Assembly: GCA_964016885.1 (NCBI GenBank)
Contig: OZ024742.1
Coordinates: forward strand, 54,808,001 to 54,872,000
Source of the DNA: Eledone cirrhosa
Lineage: Eukaryota
Direction: 5' to 3'
DNA length: 64,000 nt
Below, piece by piece: positions 1 to 15,145 of this stretch (positions are counted from its first letter, which is position 1; each line of letters begins with the position of its first letter). A model generated the notes under the pieces. That model saw only the letters and a program-made list of their open reading frames with translations, did not search any database and was not told where the DNA came from. A program made the position numbers and the translations under genes.

Positions 1-28
1 ATATGTATGTATGTATATATGTATGTAT

Positions 29-120
29 GTCAGGTCACTCTTGAGTGCTACTGGTAACATGTGACCCAGTACAACCTGTTGCATGGTCGGGTCGTTGGCG
101 AATATACTGGCAACTCCACC
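29..120 (+). mobile_element. 5' head only of the RTE-derived non-autonomous family (family D)
   Basis: gtcaggtcac...ctactggtaacatg...catggtcgggtcgttggcga...ctggcaactccacc aligns to the reverse complement of 61885-61976; flanked by TA-rich tracts. Confidence 0.75.
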
Positions 121-463
121 ATATACATACATATATATACTATATATACTATATATACTATAGAGAGAAATTCGTTTTCAAATATAAAAACTGCAAAGAT
201 GTAGGTGAAAAAGTTATGTCAGCTCAAGATAAGATATATATGTATAATTATACGTTTGAATGCCACTGTGAAATACTTGTCATGATACGTTTGTTAATGA
301 CTGTTTACTATTATAAAGGTTTTCCGGTATGCTTTGTTGTTAGACGAGATGAATCTGTTGAGGTATTTATATCTTATTTAATTTAATTCAGACGACACCT
401 ATTAGCATGAAACATATGTAAATTAAATTATGATATAATTAACAGCGTTTAGTAATATATTTT

Positions 464-530
<67 letters not shown>

Positions 531-537
<7 letters not shown>

Positions 538-1679
538 AGATATAAACCAGAACTACGCTTGACTGCAGTAATGCATCCTTATTTTCTTTCGAACCCTCGT
601 TTCTGATCCTTTACCTCACTGCATTCCTCTACCTCCCACCCCTCTGTCCTATTTACACAAAATCCATATCCACCCTATCTAACCCATCGTTCCCAACATG
701 CAAATATGTGTCTTTCCATGCACACAACATGCATACACAAAAACATGGCTGCATCATACACCCATGTATCTGTATCCACGGTCATTATAACACAATCTCC
801 CCACTCCTACTGATACTGAGGCATGCACGCATATAAACGGAAGCCCACACACCACATACCTACGTATCCAAGACTCACGCTTGAAGGTGCATGTCTACTT
901 CTTTGTGTTGCGCTAGCGTCTCTGATCACGAGGCACCCAATGCTGTGACAGTAACGTCGTTGGCGTTGAATGTTTCCCAACATTCATCAGCCCCTACTAC
1001 GTCACGGCTCTATCCATATCCAGGCAGGTAGTTACTTCATAATTTGTAGTTCGGCTGTATGCGGTTGTACCACTATATCGTTGTAACCAAATTTAAACAG
1101 TTTCTTTTGCGGGTATACCACGAAATAAAATATATAAGGCAACGATCTTATTCGCTACCGTTCTCTTTTCTATAATTCCCTTTGCAACTGTTTCTACATA
1201 TGTGTCTATGTATGTATACGCAGAATTTCATATACATATTTATACATCCCCTATGTTCACGCGTGCGCACCCACTCAAACCTCAACAATTTCACAATAGG
1301 CAGCCCGTCATGGCCTAATTCCCATCTTTCAAACCTTTGACTAAAAACGAACCCCCATATATAGATACATATGACACACAGGTCACTCAAAATATATAAC
1401 GCCTACTAATCCTTCTAAACTAACAATTAACATTCCCACTGATCAGCATTTCGTCAAAATGGCTGACTGAATACATACATGTTTTGATCAAAATAGTTTT
1501 TCCGTTCTTTTATTTTCTTACTATCTATCCTTCTATTTCACCTTTTATTTCTCTATATCTACTGATGAAGGACTAGAGTCCGAAAGGTTAAGACACTTTT
1601 CCTTCTATATCAAGCATTAAAAGAATAGGTTTCTGGATCATGATGTGTTGTTTGCTTTGCTATTTCTGTTTACATTTTA

Positions 1680-1680
<1 letters not shown>
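531..1680 (+). mobile_element. Putative PLE 3' region/pLTR remnant between microsatellites
   Basis: Non-coding block bounded by (TA)n and (CA)n, with an HHR core about 100 nt from its right end as in the other PLE ends here. Confidence 0.4.
1557..1593 (+). ncRNA. Minimal type I hammerhead ribozyme motif (degenerate stem III)
   Basis: CTGATGA-a-GGAC-taga-GTCC-GAAA-ggtta. Confidence 0.55.
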
Positions 1681-1872
<192 letters not shown>

Positions 1873-2787
1873 GGAGAACGCTCCCCAGAGATATGTATGT
1901 TGCTCTGAAGGTATGATGTTGTTTGTGACATAATCAAACTGATATTAGATCTCAGACAATATATGGCCGATCAATGTTTATCAACTAGACAGCAATAACA
2001 CTGAATATCATAAATGTCTCTTGAAGAAATTCACCTAGTATTGCGCAAGGCCTCTAAAACGGAATATTAAAACAAGTGTATAATTTTCTTTTCTTATACC
2101 TCCGAAATGATTCCTCCTGGACGCTGAATAAATGTTTTCTCTTTGACCCTAATAATATTTTATTTTTATACTTAGATATATTGATTCGGCAGATTTCTCC
2201 CTCATAAGCCATTTCTTAGATAGTACAAGCATGACGATGAACATCTCGCGTTGCATAATTTCAAATTCTGTCATGAAGCATTATCAATTGCTATTCATCA
2301 ATATAGTCGGAGAAGCTCTTTATAGTCAATGTTTCTTTAGAAGATTACAACTTTCAGAATATCAAAGTGGTACAGTCAAGGGTTTGCTATTATTTTTGTT
2401 CGTACCACTTATTTTGTCCGATAAATTATTTTTCTCTGCAGAGATTCGTTGTCTTTCTTATGCCAGATTAAATGGAAGTAACTGATATAATTTATAAATT
2501 CTCAAAAGAAAATATTTGATGTTCGAATATATTAGCTTGTGCAGCTACATTCAACAATGTGCCAAAGAAATTTGCCTTGGCCTCAACTGTCTGATTGCTA
2601 ATAATGTCGACATGGTTTCGCTTGAGGTTATTTGGCAACATGAGATAATAAAGAGAAACAAATTTGCAATTGAAATGTAGAAATTTAAATATTAATGTTT
2701 AACAGAGTAAATAAATCATCGTATTGCTTTTTATATAAACTTTTGAATTTGAATAAAACTAAAACATGCATCACTATTTTATACTAC

Positions 2788-2866
2788 TCATCCTTACGGG
2801 CTCGATAAAATAAAGTACCAGTAATACACTGGTGAATTGCTGGCATTGTGCCAATGTAGAAACAAT
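2788..2866 (+). mobile_element. 5'-truncated SINE, same family as 23927-24105
   Basis: tcatccttacgggctcgataaaataaagtaccagtaatacactgg...gtagaaacaatt matches the SINE 3' half; imperfect TSD tatttt(at)atactactc. Confidence 0.7.
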
Positions 2867-4877
2867 TATTTTATATACTACTCAAAATACTATATAGACG
2901 CAGGCAATATCATAGACATTACCATGATCTTTGCTTTTCCTAGAATACAAATAATTTGAGTAGAATTTACTTCAAACGGCAAAGGAAATCTTGAAGTAAA
3001 TATTAAATTTCTTTATAATTTATTTAAAAAAATGATCTACATCAACAGAATATCTACGCACCGTAACCAATATACGTTACTTTATCAAAACATATTTCCC
3101 TAATATATAGTTTACTCTTATCCAATGAGATGTAGACACAATATAATAATGAAAAGCTCAATAGCTTTGTTTCTGGTAGGATAAAGGACAGACACCAGTT
3201 TATTATTCCGTCATCCTAGAGACACCAATGAAAATGATATACAATCGACCACTCTAACAAAATCGTTTACTCCAACAGAATCGTCCTCAGCATTGACTCT
3301 TATGAATAATTTAGTAATGTATACTTCATTTGTATCATTATTCTATATAAAATGTATGGTAAAGGGCTACGATGTAAAATCAAGGTTAAAAACTAGATCT
3401 TGTAGGAGAGGGTGTAGACACGATTATTGTGTCTTTTATTGCTATTCTTGTTTTGATTCAAACTTCCTTAAGATCGGAACGATATAAATGTGCGTGTATG
3501 TGTGCTTACATATATACATGTATATGTATATATTTACATGCGCATATGCACGTGTATGTATATATATATATATACACACATATGTATATATATTACACAC
3601 ACACAGGCACATACAGTATAATGATGGTAGCACAATACGAAAAATAGTAAAGTGATGAAAATATTATATATCAAAACCCCTATGTTAAACACAAAAATGT
3701 AAGGGAGGAGAAATAAAATTTTATATTGAGTAATTCATAATACAGCTGCTGAAGTTTTGTAAGAAGCAAGAATCACTAGTGATGAATGGTATTATACCTT
3801 TGATAATACCATGATATAGATACAGGTATTTTACTCTGTATCATTTGACTTAAGCATAATATAGATCTCGTAAAGAAAATAACACTGAATATATATTTCC
3901 CTAGAATTTTATGATCATTCAATCATCATATTCATATAATGACATTTCATATTTACTACACTGGAAATCTCCATAGTACGCAATGTTCAATACATATAAA
4001 GTCAATATATACCAACGTTAAAATAATGATTTGAAAAGGGAAAGTCTAAAGTAACAATAGAAAACAAGTAAAATAAAAGCATGGTTTTATACTAGTAACG
4101 GTTTTCTTCTCAGACATTTGAGAGTTACTTCAAATATGACAGCGCTCCTGATAAGCTAGTGGCATTGTGGCTATCGACTTAAAATGGACATATTACAAAG
4201 AGAAAGAGAAAAAGAAGCGATATATTGCAGATACATTTCCGAACTTGTTACAATGATTTTAACTGCTGAAATGAAAGCATAAGCCATCTAGTTCTATATG
4301 AATACTTTTAAGTTCGGTAATATTTCTCAATTTGTTTGTTGAACTGACGTTTGCAGTGTTCCACATCGGGAGAATGATGCTAGTGATGCTGTTGATGATA
4401 GTGATGAAGACGTGCATTATATATTTTGACAAGACTGATGTAATTCATATATTATATATTATTAACAGAGTACATTCGGACATACATACTCACATACACA
4501 AGTGTATTCATACAATAAAATATTTGGAACTATTTCATATTATAATTTGCATTTGAAGTACGAAATACGGATGCATGAAACATGTAATAATAACTTGTTT
4601 ATCGACGTTTGCATTTTGAATAAATGTAAATATGTTTTGATGTAAATTTATTAAAATAAATATTCGTTAGAAAATATTATTTTTGTTCATTTAACAACAT
4701 ACATTTAAACATTGCAGTTTACCAATATATAATCGTGATAACCTTTTAATTCATATTGTTCAGATTCAATAAAATGTAGCATGGTGTTACATGTAATGTG
4801 TATGATATTATATATGTACTGATATTCGTTTTTGTTTTTGCATATAAATCAAATAGCTAAGACATGTCATACTATTA

Positions 4878-5805
4878 CCTGTATATATATATAAAATTAA
4901 GTATGTGTGTGTGTGTCTGTGTATAACCTATAGGGGCCTACATCTTATGACCGATTTTCATGAAACTTTATAGGATCATAGATTCGTCATCGGGGAGTGT
5001 TTTCTATATATCAGCGTATCGTTTTTTTTTTATTCCAGGGTCATTCTGCAGATAAAAATAAAATTTTTGGCTCTAGCTCCCACATTTAGCCACCGATTTC
5101 GTTCAAATTTTAAAGCAAAATAGAATTTATTATTGCACATCCTATAATGGCTTTATATTTTGCATTTGTTGTTCAGGAACAGCGTGGCAGCCGCTTAAAT
5201 ATTCAAAAATACCACTTTTAGACTCAAATTTTACACTACGCTAGAACTGATTATTTCACGTCTTACGTTGGCTTTACATTTTGGAATTTCTGTTCAGGAA
5301 CGGCGTGGCAGCCGCTTAAATATTCGAAAATACCACTTTTTCGCTCAAATTTTCGCCTTTTCGGCTCTAGCTCCCACATTTTTAACTGATTTCGTTCAAA
5401 TTCGAAACTTCAGCTCCACCTCACACATAAATCACTTTATTTCGTTCAACTTTTATACTACGTTAGAACCTATCATTGCACATCTTATACATGGTCAAAG
5501 GCAAAACGATGGCGACTGACGTCCTCTGAGCTTTGAGTTGAGTATTTGAGAATTCATCGGTTTCCAATCAAGTAGCGTGAGGAAATTTGGCTTAGTGTTA
5601 GAGGTCAATACCTCCCTCCCCCAGTATGCCCCTTCGTCAGTCACCCGCGTTTCTCAGTGATAGAGGTCATCACCCCCACCCACCCCCCGCATGGCCTGTG
5701 TGTGCCCATAGATGAGTAATCGAGAAGCAATCGCTAAGATCAACATCTTTTCATCAAAGCAGATATTATTTTACCTACCCAGGCAGCGCTGGGTACTGCT
5801 GCTAG
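4878..5805 (+). mobile_element. Non-autonomous Helitron-like element
   Basis: 3' hairpin tacccag-gcagcg-ctgggta (5776-5795) then CTAG|T; 5' tatatataaaa + (TG)n + accgattttcatgaaactt motif typical of invertebrate Helitrons; internal duplication 5148-5220/5268-5340. Confidence 0.65.
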
Positions 5806-6665
5806 TTATATATATAATATATCATGCACCACGACTTTATTTAATATGATAACACACTGAAACAGCTTCAGTATTTATGTCTTTCTCTTACATTATGTTA
5901 TCATAATTCATTAGTCATGATTTCTATTCGTTTGCATTAAAGTAACTTATAAGTGGTAAGAAACTCTCAGTAGCGCTGGAAAGCGGAAAGTATCAGTGAA
6001 GAACTCCTCCCAAGGGAATGCCCTTAACGTCTTACACACTAATGGCACTGGGCCGTACCCACGTCATGACTCCAGAGTGTCATTCTGCTGACATTTAGCC
6101 ATTCGGATATCGGTGGCTTGCGTATTCAAACCGCATGGCGGTTTTGTTGACTTGATGTAGCTGAAACTCCTCTCCATTGCCTCGGCTTTCAAACTTATAT
6201 TTAAACGCTTTCTTTACTTTTTAAACTGAATTATTTAATTTTATAATACCTCTTAAAATTATCATATCAATATAAAAATGCATAACCATGCGCACATTTT
6301 GTATTTGAACACATACTCACATTAGCTACCACACATATTTCTCCAAAATTCTATAATGAAATTGAGTCGTGCTTTCAGATTATTCCTATGGTTCGTTAGT
6401 AGAAAACTACCTTCCATTACTAATGTTGATGATTCATCAAAAATTATAAATTATATATCACGCTATACTTCGTTATGACCTAGTATTCAATTGATTTTTC
6501 ATGCTTGTGATTATCTGCTCCAATTATCAAACAGGATACACGCATTTCTCTCTCTCTCTCTATCTCTCCCTCTCCCACCAGATATATACATATATACACA
6601 CACATTCTGCACGTGTGCTTAAGAGCAAAACGATATAAATATTTTAATGCTTATATATATATATA

Positions 6666-8797
6666 TGTGTGGATAATTCTACTAAAATATACAGTAGTGT
6701 CCAATCCGTATGAAGAATTCAATGTAATCCAAATATCATGAAGAGAGAAGATGCATTCAAAAATTTCGATGAAAATCATAGGAAAACAGTCAAGATAAAT
6801 AAATAAAAACAATGAAATAAAAACAAAGAACAAGTTCCTTATATTAAAAAAATCATGATTTTACGATCGTTTCTAGGATCTATATGTGTGTTGGTATGTA
6901 TATCATATAGATCTATGTAAAAATATTACACATTATCAGAGGAAATATACATACCTTCACATATACATGCTGTCTTCAGAAATGATGAGATTTGTTTATT
7001 GAAAAAAACCAATAAAGATTTAATATAAAAGGTATGTTTGAGAACAGGTTTTGAATTGACCAATAGAAAAGAAGTTACAGGTCAAATTGATAGAATAGTG
7101 GTAGTAGAAATTTAATTTAGGGGTAGAGGAGTGCAGACTTATGTTTTGAATGAAAAGAATACTTTGAATGAAAATAATACTTTGGGGATGAAAATAAATC
7201 AAGCCATTGAAGGGTACACGCAAATTTTATGTTATTAAAGAATAATGTTAAAAACGAAGGAAAATAAAATTTTAGGGAAAGGGTATTAGTAAGAAATACC
7301 AATCTTATTTAAACCACAAGGAATCTAGATCTATAACAAGAAATTAAATTAATTGATAGGTATACTTATAGGGATAAATTTATATTAATTCATATGAATG
7401 TGATACATAAGAATTAGATGTTATTAAAGAGTGTTTTTAAAAACGAAGGAAAGTAAAATTTTGGGATAAAGGTAGTAGTGAGAAATACCAATCTTATATA
7501 AACTACAAGGAATCTAGATTCATAACAGGAAATTAAATTAATTTATAGGTATACTTTTAGGTATTAATTTTTGGAAAAGAGAGCTGTAAGAGGGAAATAA
7601 AATTATGAAGTTCTCTGTAGTAAAGTACTATTTATAAGTTAACTAAATTGAAAAAAACTAATTATAATAATATGTAAAATATAAGTGTAAGGTATTAATT
7701 ATCTTTATGATATTTGAAGGTTCTTCTAATTCTATGATTGCAAGATATAATTAATTCCTGTCGCTTATTTAATAGGATATCCTTAGATTTCATTATTTTA
7801 AAAAGTTCCTGGGAGAATAACCTACACTCTGTTATTTTGATAAGGGGCATCCCTTTTGAGCACACTCCAGGTCAGGTTGCAATCGATATTCTTCTTTCTA
7901 TAATTATTGATTGTTTCAGCCAAGGATGTTGTGTTAGCTAATGCGGCATTTTTAAAACTATGTTTGTGGGTATTAAATCCTCCTTTAAATTGATTAGACG
8001 TAGCTCCTACATATGAATAAGTGGAGTCCTTAGTGCTAATCTTACATTTATAGACTATGGTATTAATAAGACAATTTCCCTTTAATGGGCAATTTCTTTT
8101 GATTCTACAGTTACAACCATTCGTGAATATTATATCTGGGTGTTAGTCAAATTTGCTGTGGAATTTACTCGACTTGTTATAGGTGAAGGAGATGGTGGTT
8201 TGTTGCGGTTTATTTTAGTATTATAGTTGGTTTGATTTGTTGGTGGTATATTTGTGTTTTTTTACATTTATATACGTTGTAAGCAGTCATATTTTGCTGT
8301 ATATTTTTTGGTAGTGGAGTAGGAAAATTTGACAGTTGATCTACTTAAAATGTGATGGTATTTATAGTTTGGCGTCAAGTAAAAGGATATTAAACATTTT
8401 TTTAGGGATATTATCTTTAATTTGTAGATTAAATGGAGCATTATACCAAGTAATCCGTCTATTAAGGTTTCGATATTGCTTTTTATATTTATACGATGTA
8501 TCAGGCTGTTTACTAAGAAAGTTACTATTAGTGAAATTATTATATATAGGTTTAGTTCCCAAACATACCTTTTATATTAAAACTTTGTTGGTTTTTTTCA
8601 ATAAACAAATCTCATCATTTCTGAAGACAGCATGTATATGTGAAGGTTGTATATTTCCTCTGATAATTTGTAATATTTTTACATAGATCTACATGATATA
8701 CATACCAACACACATATACATCCTAGATCGTAACATGATGAATTTTTTAATATAAGGAACTTGTTCTTTGTTTTTATTTCATTGTTTTTATTAATTT
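6666..8797 (-). mobile_element. Decayed 5'-truncated Penelope-like element with inverted pLTR arms
   Basis: Inverted arms 6795-7045/8555-8797; minus-strand remnants RRITWYNAPF, CNCR..CPLKGNCL...IVYKC, LLNKRQELIISCNH (7725-8555); ~190-bp tandem duplication 7250-7570. Confidence 0.85.
6858..6983 (-). ncRNA. Hammerhead motif with long stem II (~100 nt)
   Basis: rc: attt-CTGAAGA-...tatatgtg...cacatata...-GAAA-CGATCG-TA-aaat; mirror copy near 8607-8735 has lost GAAAC. Confidence 0.55.
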
Positions 8798-8909
8798 ATA
8801 TATATATATAAATATATTGAATATTTAATCCAGTACTCTGCTGAGTGCTTTATATCAGTTATAAAACTTTTAAGCTTGTTGAATCCCAACAAATTAAATA
8901 TAACTTCTG

Positions 8910-8993
<84 letters not shown>

Positions 8994-9242
8994 TACACAT
9001 ATATATATATATACATTCAGTATGAATCCGGGGATATCATCAGGTATTCAAAATATAACAAAGGAATATTTTATAATAATTAACTCCGTACTCGCACCCC
9101 CAACTACACAAACGAAGACGGGTGAGTTGCATTACGTTGAGTGCTCTCCATAATATTACATCGAGATTGACCATTGACCATACGGAATGACCAGTTCTAT
9201 CCAGTGGTGAACCAACAAACCTAAATAAATATATATATATAT

Positions 9243-9698
9243 ATTAAAACAATGAAATAAAAAAATCAAGTTATTAGAAATATACTTCACTGCTTTACGA
9301 TCGTTTCTAGGTGATGATAATACATCGTAATTATACCTCGTTATCGAACTATGTAAGTTTAGTTACACAATATCAAATAAGGAGTATATTTACTTGCATC
9401 TGGTAATATGCATGGAAGTAAATATTCTCCTTATTTGATATTTTGTAACTAACCTTACATAAATCGATAACGAGGTATAGTTACGATGTATTATCATCAC
9501 CTAGAAACGATCGTAAAGCAGGGAAGTATATTTCTAATGACTTGATTTTTTATTTCAATGTTTTAACATATATCATGACTCTGTTTTCCTTTTAATGTTT
9601 TATTGTTTTCTGGGATTTATTTTAACCTACAACATTTTCAACATACGGATTACATTGAGTTCTTCATGCAGACTAGACCCCACAACTTACAGTTGATA
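9243..9698 (+). mobile_element. Foldback pLTR remnant related to the 6666-8797 family
   Basis: Near-perfect palindrome 9243-9572 (centre ~9402) containing cctaGAAACGATCGTAaa; tail shares ggattacattga.ttcttcat with rc of 6700-6730. Confidence 0.75.
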
Positions 9699-9760
<62 letters not shown>

Positions 9761-9764
9761 CATA

Positions 9765-11460
9765 TGGCCGATCGGGGCTGTATCAGTGATGTTAATCCCC
9801 AAACACACTATATCGGACATAAAGTTTGGCGCCCCTGATGTCTTAGCCGTAATAAACTAAATTGAAAACAATTCAGCAGTAGGCCCCTGACAGGTTCCCA
9901 GGTTGTGTTTTGAAGGTGTGTCGCCACCAACTCGCTTCTGCCCTTGCTAATCTGTGGAGGAGCTCACTGGATACTGCTATATTCATGAAAACTTTTTGTC
10001 CCAGTCCGTTGTCCCAGTCTTCAAAAAGGGAAATAATTCCCTTGCAGTGAACTACCGTCTGATTTCTCTCACCTCTCATATTATCAAGGTATTTGAGAGG
10101 TTGATGAGATCACGAATAAGCTACTTTCTTGAAAGCAGCGGCCTGCTTAACTCCAACCAACATGGGTTCCGTAACGGAACGGACTGCCTAACGCATTTCC
10201 TGCATCACTTTGACGATATTTTGAGAACCTTGGGAGAGGGCTTCAACACTGATTTCATCTACCTTGATTTCAGCAAGGCTTTGACAGGGTTGATCATAAG
10301 ATTCTACTAAAAAAAAATATCCAATAGCGGTGTCTCTGGAAAGTTACTACAGTGGATCAAATATTTCTTGACAGACAGAACCCAACATGTTGTAGTTGAA
10401 GGAGTAAAATCAAGCCCTGCCAAAGTCAGCAGTGCCGTCCCACAAGGCATTGTGTTGGGCCCACTTCTTTACATCATCTACATTAATAACATTACTGACA
10501 TTATCAAGCACAGCAACATAAGAATCTTCGCAGATTATTCCAAGATCCAAATGGTCATCAATGAGGTGGGTGACCCGACTTGCCTTCAGTCAGGCCTACT
10601 GACTGTTATCCAATGGGCAGAAAAAAATAATGTGCTGTTGAATGAGAATAAGTTTGAATTAATCCACTTTGGAAAAAAAGGATGCCCTGAAACTACCACA
10701 CAGTCTTCCTTCGGGTGAAACTCTAGAGGCATCCAACAACATCAGAGAACTGGGAGTAATTGTGGATAACAACATAAGCTGGGCCACTCATATAAACAGC
10801 AAAGTTGACATGGCCCGCAGAAGGTATTCCTAGATTACCAGAACCTTCCAGTCGTGAGATATCCACAGTGTTATCCTTCTCTCCTCCACTTTTGCCCGAC
10901 TCCACCTTGAATACTGTTGTCCATTATGGTCTTCCCAAACGAAACAAAGCACCATGAAAGTTGAAACACCCCAAATATCGATTATAAAAAAGATAGATGG
11001 CATGACAGGCCTTGACTATTGGAGTCGATTAGAAAGGCTCAACCATTACTCTCGCCAACGTTGCCGTGAGCGTTACATTATCTGCACGGTGTGGAAAATA
11101 TTCCATCAGCTTTGCCCAAATGATGTTGGCATCACCTTTAATGTACACCCAAGGTTGAGGCCCCGTGCTATCCGTCTCATAAAAAACAATACGGCACAAG
11201 TATTTCACTTTAACATTACGCCGAAACACATTAAAACAGAAACAGACCCCATCAAGTTCAAGAAGTCTTTGGACAAATTCCTACTAGAAATCCCGGATGA
11301 GCATCATACACCCGGATATGCCTCCGTAAAGAATAACTCTCTGCACGAGTGGGCCATGGTGCCCTAACATTGATTTGTCAGACTTCGCCAGGGAGTGCTA
11401 TTAAATGAGATATTGCCTGGGCCAATACTGGCCGAAACCTACAAAGTTATCAAAGTTATC
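9765..11460 (+). pseudogene. 5'-truncated, frameshifted LINE ORF2 reverse transcriptase (CR1/L2-group, family A)
   Basis: NYRLISLTSHIIKVFER, QHGFR, IYLDFSKA, VPQGIVLGPLL, IFADYSK; 3' (caaagttat)2 tail abutting TA. Confidence 0.9.
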
Positions 11461-11481
11461 ATATATATGTAAATATATACA

Positions 11482-11791
11482 CATTGTTGTACTTGGGGAG
11501 GGTCATATTGCCAGAAATAATAACAGAACACACTCACTGTTTGGTTGGTTTTCGCTTCTGTATCCTTTATATCTCCACAGTTAATTCATTCGGTCCTCAA
11601 TGTTTACCATTGAGTGACCAACGGTCAGAAATACAGATATAAACACATATATATAGTCTAACAAAGTTATTTCGTTGCACGTCTGACTCATCATCATTAT
11701 GTTCCTTCTGTTGTATTGTATATCTACGCCCAAGTAGTACAACAATATTTGTTTCGACACGATTTCATATCAAAAGCCTCGCGAAACAAAT
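11482..11791. mobile_element. Short PLE-terminus element related to the 49836-55520 ends
   Basis: Left attgttgtacttggggagggtcatattgcca; right gtacaacaatat..gtttc.acacgatttca; both resemble the 49836-49925 terminus, in opposite orientations. Confidence 0.55.
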
Positions 11792-12666
<875 letters not shown>

Positions 12667-12667
12667 A

Positions 12668-13145
12668 TGATGGCTGCCCCCTCGTTATCGAGCATGGCCA
12701 TTGCACGATATACCATTATTAATAATATTTAATTAATTCTATCGTGCAATGCCTGTGCGTGAAGATATTTTTTAAAGTGAGGAAAGACTGTGCACTGAGC
12801 CAATCCCACTCTCTGAGCAACAGTAGGTATAAAACCAAAAAGAAGAAAAGATCAACATCATCGGTAACTACTGAGCCGCAGGTTTTATATCGGAGTTATC
12901 CCAGTTTCATGAGTTGCCTTCTCCCACAAGAAAGCCATGACAATGGCGTCCTTCACTCCAATTGTTTAACCACGCAGAACATGTCTATATACCTATTTAC
13001 ACACTTTGGGATGGCCGTTAACTCTTATGAGTTCTTCCGCCCTTTGTCAGGTTTTGTTTTTTGCCTTGCAGGGTGTCAAAAATCACCCTCCTCACCAAGT
13101 AAACTTGATGGGCTTGCCGGCTTAGTCGCCGACGACCCGACCATG
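12668..13145 (-). mobile_element. Diverged copy of RTE-derived family D
   Basis: Patchy similarity to 13395-13994 (gcaatgcctgtgc, tcccactctc, tcaccctcctcaccaag, gacccgaccatg). Confidence 0.7.
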
Positions 13146-13181
13146 CATATATACATACATTATATACATACATATTTACGT

Positions 13182-13278
<97 letters not shown>

Positions 13279-13304
13279 CATATTTACGTACATACATATT
13301 TACG

Positions 13305-13359
<55 letters not shown>

Positions 13360-13394
13360 TTACGTACATACATATATACATATATATATATACA

Positions 13395-13994
13395 TGGTGG
13401 CTGCCAACTCGTTTTCGAGTACGGCCACTACCTTATATCCGTGTAGGAGAACCCCTACCGATGCGCTGAACGAGCGTGGCTTTTTAGTTCAGCCAGCGAC
13501 TTGAAAACTCTGGTACAAACACTACACTTGTGACAATTACTGACACATAGTGCTGGGCTCATGGTACCATGTGACGACAAGTGCAGAGAGATCTCCAGAT
13601 ATAAAGCAATGCCTGTGCCGTGAAGCTTTTATAGTGAGAAAAGGAACTGCACAAAGCCAGTCCCACTCTCTTAACCAAGATGATATTTACCAAAAAGAAG
13701 AACAAGTCAACATCATTGGATACCATCAGAGTTGCAGGTGTTATATCAGAGTTTTCCTTCTCCTAGAATTCTGCCTTGACAAAAGCTAAGGGGTCATCTC
13801 TCCCGGTGATTTTGGATGGCCATTGACTCTTAAGAGCTCCTTTGCCCTTTGACAGGTTTTGTTTTTAGTCCTGCAGGATGTCCAAAGTCACCCTCCTCAC
13901 CAAGAAACCTTGGTGGGGTTGCCAGTTTAGTCGCCAACGTCCCGACCATGAGACTGGGATACATGTTACCAGTAGCACCAACTGGTGACCTGAC
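13395..13994 (-). mobile_element. RTE-derived bipartite non-autonomous retroelement (family D)
   Basis: Same family at 34826, 36742 and 61339; RTE-like 5'UTR motif ctaggagaaggaaaactctga and terminal C2H2 remnant CSVCTR.FKSLA.LKSH. Confidence 0.75.
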
Positions 13995-14113
13995 ACTATA
14001 TATACATACATATTTACGTACATACATATATACATATATATATACATACATATTTACGTACATACATATATACATATATACATATATTTATATATACATA
14101 CATATATTTATAT

Positions 14114-14205
<92 letters not shown>

Positions 14206-14209
<4 letters not shown>

Positions 14210-14550
14210 AAAAAAGAAATGAAATCGAAAATGCAACTGGAGTCTTATTTTTTTTTTTAACATATATATTTATTTGGTTCCCTTACCGGTTTCGCAGTTC
14301 TTCTGCTTTTCAAAGGGTGAGTTGAGATGGAGGGTCTGTGGTTTTTCTCACATGTGATGTAAGAAAAACCACAGACCCTCCATCTCAACTCACCCTTTGA
14401 AAAGCAGAAGAACTGCGAAACCGGTAAAGGAACCAAATAAATATATATATGTTTTTAAAAAATAAGACTCCAGTTGCATTTTCGATTTCATCTCTTTTTC
14501 TTTATACTTTCACTCGTGTAGGACACCTCGGTTATTTTTCAATTTGTAAA
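14206..14550 (+). mobile_element. Foldback pLTR with paired hammerheads
   Basis: Palindrome 14206-14506 (centre ~14355) plus ~45-nt tail, set in (TA)n. Confidence 0.8.
14280..14317 (-). ncRNA. Hammerhead, U3:A8 core variant
   Basis: rc: ccct-TTGAAAA-GCAG-aagaa-CTGC-GAAA-CCGG-TA-aggg; mirror copy at 14393-14430 (+). Confidence 0.7.
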
Positions 14551-14662
<112 letters not shown>

Positions 14663-14707
14663 ATATATAAACAAATGGAAACTATATTTATAAAACCCTA
14701 TTTATTT

Positions 14708-14765
14708 CATTATACATATTTCAAGGGTCACCAAAGAAAACTATGGTGCGCTTTCATCAGATAAA
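14708..14765 (-). ncRNA. Hammerhead in solo pLTR 14665-14890 (family of 37577-38004)
   Basis: rc: ttat-CTGATGA-aag.gcacca...tggtg..ctt-GAAA-TATG-TA-taat. Confidence 0.6.
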
Positions 14766-15096
14766 ATATAATATAGATTAGTTTTATAAATAATTATTGA
14801 CATACCCTGAACAATCTCCTGCATAGTGGAGTTATTAGATTTATTGTTGGTTTATTATGCAAATTAGTGTCGGAAAGGTTTAAATAACAGTACATTTAAA
14901 TATATATACATACAAATATATACATATATAAATATATATACATAATATATGTATATATGTATATATATAAATATATATACATACATACATATATATACAT
15001 ATATATACTTATATATACATATATACATTCATATACATTCATATATATACATATCTATATATATACATTCATATATATATATATATATATATATAC

Positions 15097-15136
<40 letters not shown>

Positions 15137-15145
15137 CATATATAT

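Noticed and set aside
9017-9055. Minus-strand CTGATGA-tatcccggat
   Set aside because: No GAAA or stem III follows; at most a truncated remnant
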